DNA of 64,000 nucleotides from Antechinus flavipes (lineage: Eukaryota): the NCBI RefSeq assembly GCF_016432865.1, contig NC_067401.1, positions 190,340,001 to 190,404,000 on the forward strand. The letters run 5' to 3'. Below the pieces are notes generated by a model. That model had not been told where the DNA came from. It saw only the letters and a list, made by a program, of their open reading frames with translations, and did no database searches. Positions 56,896 through 64,000 of the stretch are shown here, in pieces. Within the stretch, counting starts at the first letter, position 1, and every line of letters starts with the position of its first letter. The translations under genes were made by a program, and so were the position numbers.

Positions 56896-59800
56896 ATGCT
56901 GCTTTCGGTGGTCCTGCTGCTGGTTCTGCTAGCTGCCCTGAGGTGGCTATGGATGGAACTGACTGTCTCACCGCATCACTTTCCCCCTCTAGTCCCTGGT
57001 TTTCTTCACCTCATCCACGCTGATTTCCCAAGCCATTTTCTGAGCCTTGCACAGAAATATGGGCCACTCTATCGGCTTCACCTTGGGATGCAAGGTAAGA
57101 GAAGGGTCTTTCATCTGGACAGTCCTCTAGGTCTCCCTGGAACCCAAGAAATTCTTGTAAACTGTCCTTCTTTCTTCTCCTCTAGAAGTGGTGGTGCTAA
57201 ATTCCAAGAAGGCAATTGAGGAAGCTCTCATGAAGAAATGGATCGATTTTTCAGGGAGACCACAAACATTCACTGGTGAGGGAAATGACTATTGGGTTCC
57301 TTATTGTAATAAGGGATGGGAGAATGGGACAAGAACTGAGGAATAGCAGCTGTAAATTTATTTCCAAAGAAGCAAGGGCTGGTGGAAACAGAAAGTTTGG
57401 GGCTAGGGTTCTAGATTTGTGCTTTCCAATGTTTTTACATTCAGTCCTCTCTATTCCCCAGTTCAATTGGTAAGCAATGACAGCCAGGATCTGTCTCTGG
57501 GGGATTACACGCCACTCTGGAAGGCCCACAGGAAACTGGCCCGTTCTGCTCTTCTGTATGTCCAGAATAACACGGAGCCTCTCGTGGGACAGATGGTACA
57601 AGACTTGTGTAAGGTTAGAAAATTCCTGCTTAGGCTGAGCTCTAGGATGTTATGCTACCCTCTGGTTTTCTCCATCTAAACTTGTTGAGACTGTACTTCT
57701 CCCATTTCACCCTTCTGCTTTTTGAAATGATATCAGGGCCTCCTTTAACCTTTTTAATTCCCCTTCATTCCACAGAAGCTTCTTGCCCAGGCTGGCTCTC
57801 CTGTGAGCATATCTGAGGAGTTTTCCATGTTCACTTGTAGCATCATCTGCTTCCTCAGTTTTGGAGAAAAGGTTACTTAGTTCTGTTCCTTTTTATCAGG
57901 CACCCTTTGATCATTTCTCCTGAATCCTATCTTCCCATTTGTCCCTTCCCAATCTTATTCTCTCTTCCATTTCCCTTTGCCACCAAACTGACATCCCCTT
58001 TTTGACAGAGAGAGTCTTCAGTTCAGGAAATTAACAGCTGCATTGAGGAATTGATGATAGCCTGGGACTGTTGGCAAGTCCAGATTTTGAACCTCCTACC
58101 CTTTCTCAGGGTAAGAATGGAATATAGTCCCCTAGGGACCTAGGGGCGAGGAGTTATGAATGGGATGTCTTGGGCAGAAAGATGAAATATTTAGGTCTTA
58201 GAAGGGTTGTACTAACTTCTTTCCCAGGGATGAGGAGGGAGAAGAAGGATGATACAATTACTTCCTCTCTCCAGTTTTTCCCCAACCCAGGTCTCAGGAA
58301 GCTGAGGCAGATAATAAAGAAACGGGATGGGATTGTGCAGAAGCAACTGAGATGGCACAAGGTAAAAGAATTATTTTTTGCTGATTTGCATGAATTCTCC
58401 TCTGATTGCCAGGTAGGTTTCTATCCTCTCTTCTCCTTACCACACACTTTTTTAGCTGACCTTATGAAGAAATGACCCCTGTTTAATGTTTTGTAAAAAA
58501 CTGTAGGTAGTCATTATGTATTTATTAAATTGAATTCATATTAAGATGTGAATTGGCCCTGTATTCTGGGAGAGCAGGAGATATTAATGTTGGCAAGAAA
58601 AGAGAAGCATCATGGTTCCAGGAAATTCTTCCCTTAAAATTAGGAGCTGGAGGACCTTGGTTTTGGGGAATAAAGAGAACACTGGTGCAATATGGGATAA
58701 TGGTTAGGCTCTAGGTCTGCTATAGACCATGTGCCCTTGGGAAGTCACCACCTCTCTGGGTGACATACAATTTTCTCATTGGTAGGACTTGGATTAAGTG
58801 ATTTAACCATAATCTTTCAACTTTAATTTAATTCTCCTAGAAAAAAAGTGCTGATACCACAGAGAGCCAATGGCTCCCAACATAGCCAATTTAGGGTAGG
58901 GGTCTTTTAATATCCCTGGGATCTGTAATACAATCTTTATGTCACACTCTTTGAAGTATATTTTTATATACCTTTCATATCAAAGAACTAGAGCTAGAAA
59001 GGACTTTAGAGGCTATTTGTCAATCCTCTCATTTTACAGTTGAGGAAATTGAGGCCTTTGAAAGTTAAATGGGTTGACTGAAGTTGGCTGAAGTCACACA
59101 GGTTATTTCTGAATTGGGATTTGAACCCAGATGCTAGAGCCAGTTCTTTTCCCATTGTACCACACTATTCTCTAAACCAATAAACTTTATAGTGAAAAAC
59201 CTCTTCTGTACCTGGGTAAGTGAAAAAAATGTGCAATGTATGATGTGACTAAGTGGAGATGACTTTTGGGGACAACAGCTGAATGGGTAGAGGAGTTGCT
59301 CCTTCAGTGTCATTAAGTTAGCTAATTATTTACAGAGATGGGACTCAGTTCCATGGAAAGAGAGAATTTAAGAACCATTAGGATCCCAGAAAATAAAATA
59401 AAAACTATGTAGACTGGTGTTCACATCGAGCCTAATTCATCCACCTTCACCAGGGGTTTTTGTTCAATATCTTTACCCTTATACCCTTCCCAAAGTCACT
59501 TTCTACCATCCCCCAGGAGACAATGGTGGAAGGACAGACTCGGGATTTGACTGATTATATGCTACAAAAACTAAAGGAGCAAGGAGAAGGGTCAGGTCAG
59601 CTTTCTGAGGGACATGTACACATGGCTTTGGTGGACTTCTTCATTGGAGGCACAGAGACCACAGCATCTACCCTCACCTGGGCAGTGGCCTTCCTGCTTC
59701 ATCACCCAGAGGTGTGGCCTCAGAGGACTGGGCTGTTAAGGGATAAGGAATGGGATGGAAGACATCACCTGGGGAGATAATGGGCTCTAAAGAGAATGTA

Positions 59801-60761
59801 GTTTGCCCAGCAGAAAAGAACTCAAGAACTCCCCCTCCCTCAGATACAAAGGCGGTTGCAAGAAGAATTGGATCAAGAGCTGGGACCAGGTTTTTCAGGA
59901 AGTCCTCCCAACTATCAAGACAGAGCTCGGTTCCCCCTGCTCAATGCTACAATTACCGAGGTACTCCGGCTAAGACCTGCAGCCCCCTTGGCCCTTCCAC
60001 ACTGCACCAAACAGCCTAGCAGGTATTCGCTGGGCTTCAAGGGCAAGGATGGGAAAAGGTATGTGGGACAGATTATCTGTGTCCAGAGTTTCCTTGTCTT
60101 TTAACTCTTTTGTCCTTCCTCAGCATATGTGGTTTTGACATCCCTAAGGATACCATTATTATCCCCAACATCTTTGGTGCTCACCATGATGACAGTGTTT
60201 GGGCACAGCCATATGACTTCCGGCCTGGTACAGGGGTCCAAGGGAGGGGGTGGGGCTGGGTGGGCAGAGAGCTGGGATCTGAATGAGGGTTGAGGGCTTG
60301 GGGAAAAACCAATGCTAAATCTTAAGAGGGAGATTTGAGAATGAGTAGGGGGCTCTAGGGAGCTGCCCAATGTTTTGGTCCTGAGGGTGGGAAAAGGAAT
60401 GGAATGGGGTTTGCAAGGCCAGTTACGCAGGTTCCAGGAGTTGCAGAGCAGAGGAATCAGAGGCCTGATGTCTGAGAGTCAGATCTGTCTCCATCTCTAA
60501 GTATCTTTTCTCCTCTTAGATCGTTTCTTGGAGCCAGAACTGAGTCCATCAGGGATCCCATTCAGCTGTGGGGCCAGGGTGTGCTTGGGAGAGGCTCTGG
60601 CTCGCTTAGAGCTCTTCTTGATCCTGGCTCACCTGCTCCAAGCTTTCACACTACTGCCTGTAATTGAGGGCGTCCATAATCTGCCTTCTCTGAAGCCCAC
60701 TTTTGGAAGCAATATAAAGGCCCAAGACTTTCAAGTGCGGCTGCTGCCTCGGCTGGAGTGA
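56896..60761 (+). CDS. CYP21A2: Steroid 21-hydroxylase (P450c21), 10 exons, 481 aa, intact
   Basis: Exons 56896-57094, 57186-57275, 57462-57613, 57776-57871, 58009-58110, 58275-58361, 59517-59711, 59844-60022, 60124-60227, 60520-60761 (1446 nt). Motifs: [11 protein letters not shown]-helix IGGTETT, ExxR (EVLR) and heme motif [10 protein letters not shown]. Exon phases match human CYP21. The symbol indicates the orthology group. Confidence 0.95.
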
Positions 60762-60786
60762 TAGCCTCTTCACTGCAGAGTGTACC

Positions 60787-60792
60787 AATAAA
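60787..60792 (+). terminator. CYP21 polyadenylation signal
   Basis: AATAAA 26 nt after the stop codon, followed by a U/GU-rich tract. Confidence 0.65.
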
Positions 60793-61602
60793 GTGCCTAA
60801 ATGCAGGCCTTGAACCAGTTTCTTTTTATCAATTTTGTGCAGTCCTTTTCTTTCACTCCTTTCTTCTAACTGGTAAACAAGGTGCTTTGCAATTGGCTGT
60901 TTTTTTCCCCCCTTGGCACCTGACAGCACTTTATTTTGTTTTTGGAATAGGGAAGGGGAATGTTAGAAATTATCTAGGGATGTGCTTGCTATTGAGGATT
61001 TTTATAAATGCAAATGCCACCCTTTGTCCTTGAACCAAAATGCTGGTATTACTTGTTAGAACACATAGGTAGCTATATTGGTAAAAGGAAGCCCTTGCCA
61101 TCTTAAAAGTGAAAATTCAGCTCCTAAATCCCTCACCCTTCTACATTAGCATTCATATGTAGAATACAAAGTGGAAAATTGTAATTCCTTAAAACTGAAG
61201 TAAAGATGGATCTCTTCTCTCTCTCTGCTGGAAGTAACCCTTGAATTAAGTTATTTAGAAGCAAGGGGTATTCTTTTCATGATTTTTTTCCTTACCTTCT
61301 CAAGTTCATGCTTTTTTCTTAAATTCCCAAATTCTCAGGAAGATCTCTTCTGGTTTTCAAAATTGAGATAAGGCTCAGCTTAATCCGATTTTTATATAAC
61401 CCTAACTCTTGTGTATGATAGATTTTGTTTCATCTTTCCATCCTTGTCTGCAGTCTATGAATTAAAACCAACTTGGAAACATTTTTAACATGCATCATTT
61501 GAGATAGTACTGGACCCTTTTATTATCCTGCCACAGTTTACTCAAATTGTTCTGCTTCAGTCCCCCTGGGTTGCAAACCCCCTACCCCCCAACCATTAGG
61601 AC

Positions 61603-61920
61603 TGATATAATTTAGGGGTGGCTACTCTAAGGTGATAAACTGTAAATATTTAATCCCAGATAGGGGAAGATATTCTATTTTAGACATCATGGCTCCAGAC
61701 CTTCCCAATTTATCAGAAGGACCAGTGCTCATTCTGCTTCCACCTTTCTATCTTTGTTCTCCCTTATCACTAAAACCTTATAAAGAATCTCTGGAATCTC
61801 ATATTCGATACTGGATACTTGGAGATGAGAGTCTGATCCAGTTAATTAATTAAGCTCTCCAATAAATAAAATATTAAAACTCTCTAATCTCTATCTTGCC
61901 TCAGTTTCTCTGGCATTACA
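61603..61920 (+). mobile_element. Solo LTR between the CYP21 and TNXB 3' ends
   Basis: TG...CA termini, ttaggac direct repeat at 61596-61602 and 61921-61927, TATAAA at 61779-61784 and AATAAA at 61861-61866. Confidence 0.75.
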
Positions 61921-62569
61921 TTAGGACCTTTTTATATCAAAAGAGGACACTAGTCAGCCATCCTAAATGGAATTTTGAGCTGTCTCCCTATCCCTAGTAA
62001 CTGAGTTAAGATAGCAGGCCTCTGTATACCGTTTGGATAGCTTGAATAGAAGCCACCTTAGATCATCCACCTCCTTGAGACCTCTGGAAGATATCCTCTA
62101 ACCCTTTTGCATTAGCTCTTTGGAGAGCTCTTTCCCCTTCTCTCCCCTCACCCATCTCCCCATCTGAGAATATCTTGAGGCCTTAAGACATCATGTACAT
62201 CTTAGACCTCTGTTGATTACAAATAATATCCTTTTATAACCACTAGATTTGAAAGTTTTATGTAAGTGGCCTTTTCTTTGTCCCAGGGTAGAACATTTTG
62301 TTTTTTAATAATCACAATTCACTGTGGGAGGAAGGGGAGAGCAACTGTTACTAAATGTAGAATGTAATATGGATAGAGGGATTACATCAATCCCCTTCAG
62401 TTATTTTCTACAAATCCAAAGAATAACTGGCTCTTTGAGGGAAAGGAGAAGAGAATGAAAATAAGGGTCCTGGCTTTTTCTGGTAAAGGGCAGTTGGATG
62501 GTCTGGGAGGCCCCTGGGGCAGGGAGCCTTTCTTTTGTATGTCAGGATTAGAGGGCTGAAAATGGGGAA

Positions 62570-64000
62570 TCAAGCCCTCTGGGAAGATGGGTTATAACTT
62601 CTTGGCCTCAACTTCATTTCCGTGAAGGGAATGGAGAACTCAAAGCCCTTCCAGGCATACCAGCTCACGCCCTAGGAGAGAGGAGTTGTAAATCACAATA
62701 TGATGGTCTCCCTCATTCTTACCTTCTCTTTTCAGTATGATCCCGACCCCACTCATTCTAGCCCAGGGGGCACAAGGAGTATCTTGTGCTCAAAGGAAGG
62801 AGAACCCATGTATCTTTGACAAATTATTCTCAAGACCCTAGGCTTCTCTCTCAATGTTGTTCCCCCCTTCAAAGAGAACCTTGGTTTATCACAACTCAAT
62901 GGTCCTCTCCCTTTCCCTACCTTCAACTCCATCCCAGGCTTGATGAATTCCCCTCCCAAGGCAGTCCCGTCATACTGTCCCATCTCACCTGATGGTCAAT
63001 GATGCTTCCGTAGAGTCCATTGAGGTTGACATAATGGCAGTTACGGTACCACCAACCACCTCGATAGGAGACGGCGCAAGGAATATGGAGATTGTTGGGG
63101 TCTCTGTCCCTTGTAGAGAAGATACTGCCACTGTGATAACTCATGGAGTCTCCTAAAGAGAAATAGAGGATGGGGGAGGGTAACGATTCTGTCATCTTAC
63201 AATGATGACTGGGTCCTTCCCTTCCAACCTCTGCTGTTTATCTTACCTGCAGTACCATGGTAGCCCTCTAGGTGGAGGCGGTAGTATTTTGCAGCTGAGT
63301 CCACAGTAAAGAAGTCATATTCAGCAAAGACAGACTCATTTCCAGCCCGGAGATCCACTCTCAAAGAGTAATCACCGGCTTGGGTCAGGCTGTGTAGGGC
63401 CTCGTTCCCTAGGATGAGAAGAGATATCCAGTAAGACTTCGTCTTTTAGCCACAAAATCCATACATGTAAAGAAATTTATATTCATTTTAAAAAAGTTGA
63501 GTTCTGAATTCTCTCCCTTCTTCCTTCCCTTCCTCCCTCCCTAAAGGCTAACAATTTGATATAGATTATCTGTATGCTGTCATGCAAAACATTTCCATAT
63601 TAGCCATCTTACAAAGGAAAACAGACTCAAGAAACCTAATAAGAAAAAAAAGAAAGCATTCTCATCCCCTTTAAGAGACAGGCTTAAATCTTAGCTCCTT
63701 CCCTCAAACCAGAGCCAATGGTAATGACACTGACCCAGCCAAAATTCCCCAGAGATGTTCCCAAATCCATGGGCATATTCTGCCCAGTCCCTCCAGAAGT
63801 CTGTGTGTCCATCCATCCTGCGCTGGAACACCTAATATAATGGAATAACAATGACGATAGTTAACATTTATATAAGGTACTAAAGAATACAGGTGTCAGG
63901 AGGACCCCCTAGGCAAAGGGAATATTGTTTCCACAGTCTGCCCCTGCCAGTGCCCCACAACTCACCAACCAGCCACCTCCCTCTGTCTCCATGTCACAGT
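62570..64000 (-). CDS. TNXB: Tenascin-X, last five exons (fibrinogen-like globe); the gene enters from the right edge
   Basis: Minus-strand exons 63966-64000 (partial; [11 protein letters not shown]), 63735-63831 ([16 protein letters not shown]), 63247-63408 ([14 protein letters not shown]), 62989-63152 ([19 protein letters not shown]...[15 protein letters not shown]) and 62570-62671 ([26 protein letters not shown]...*). Confidence 0.96.

Overview
Marsupial genomic DNA covering the RCCX part of the MHC class III region. The lineage is most like an Australian dasyurid, inferred from WSINE1/Mar1-type CORE-SINEs and the L1 3' ends. Gene order is NELFE (-, 5' part) <> SKIV2L/SKIC2 (+, 28 exons) >< DXO (-) <> STK19/WHR1 (+, 7 coding exons), then one intact complement C4 (+, 41 exons), a ~17.5 kb retroelement-packed spacer containing an N gap, one intact CYP21 (+, 10 exons) and the 3' fibrinogen-domain exons of TNXB (-). 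I built the exon chains by hand at GT-AG sites. Their summed lengths give in-frame proteins of 1249 aa (SKIV2L), 395 aa (DXO), 245 aa (STK19), 1747 aa (C4) and 481 aa (CYP21). The locus itself is well known and I found no wholly new gene system. The most unusual structures are: (1) a recent ~440 bp inverted copy of the STK19 exon 3/intron 3 junction inside C4 intron 35; (2) a 101 bp copy of the C4 exon 13/intron 13 junction inserted into intron 5 with flanking direct repeats and a snap-back segment; (3) a 3 x ~264 bp tandem triplication upstream of CYP21; (4) a candidate NR5A/NR4A motif cluster in C4 intron 35; and (5) apparent absence of the human CYP21/TNXB 3' overlap, with a solo LTR lying between the genes.
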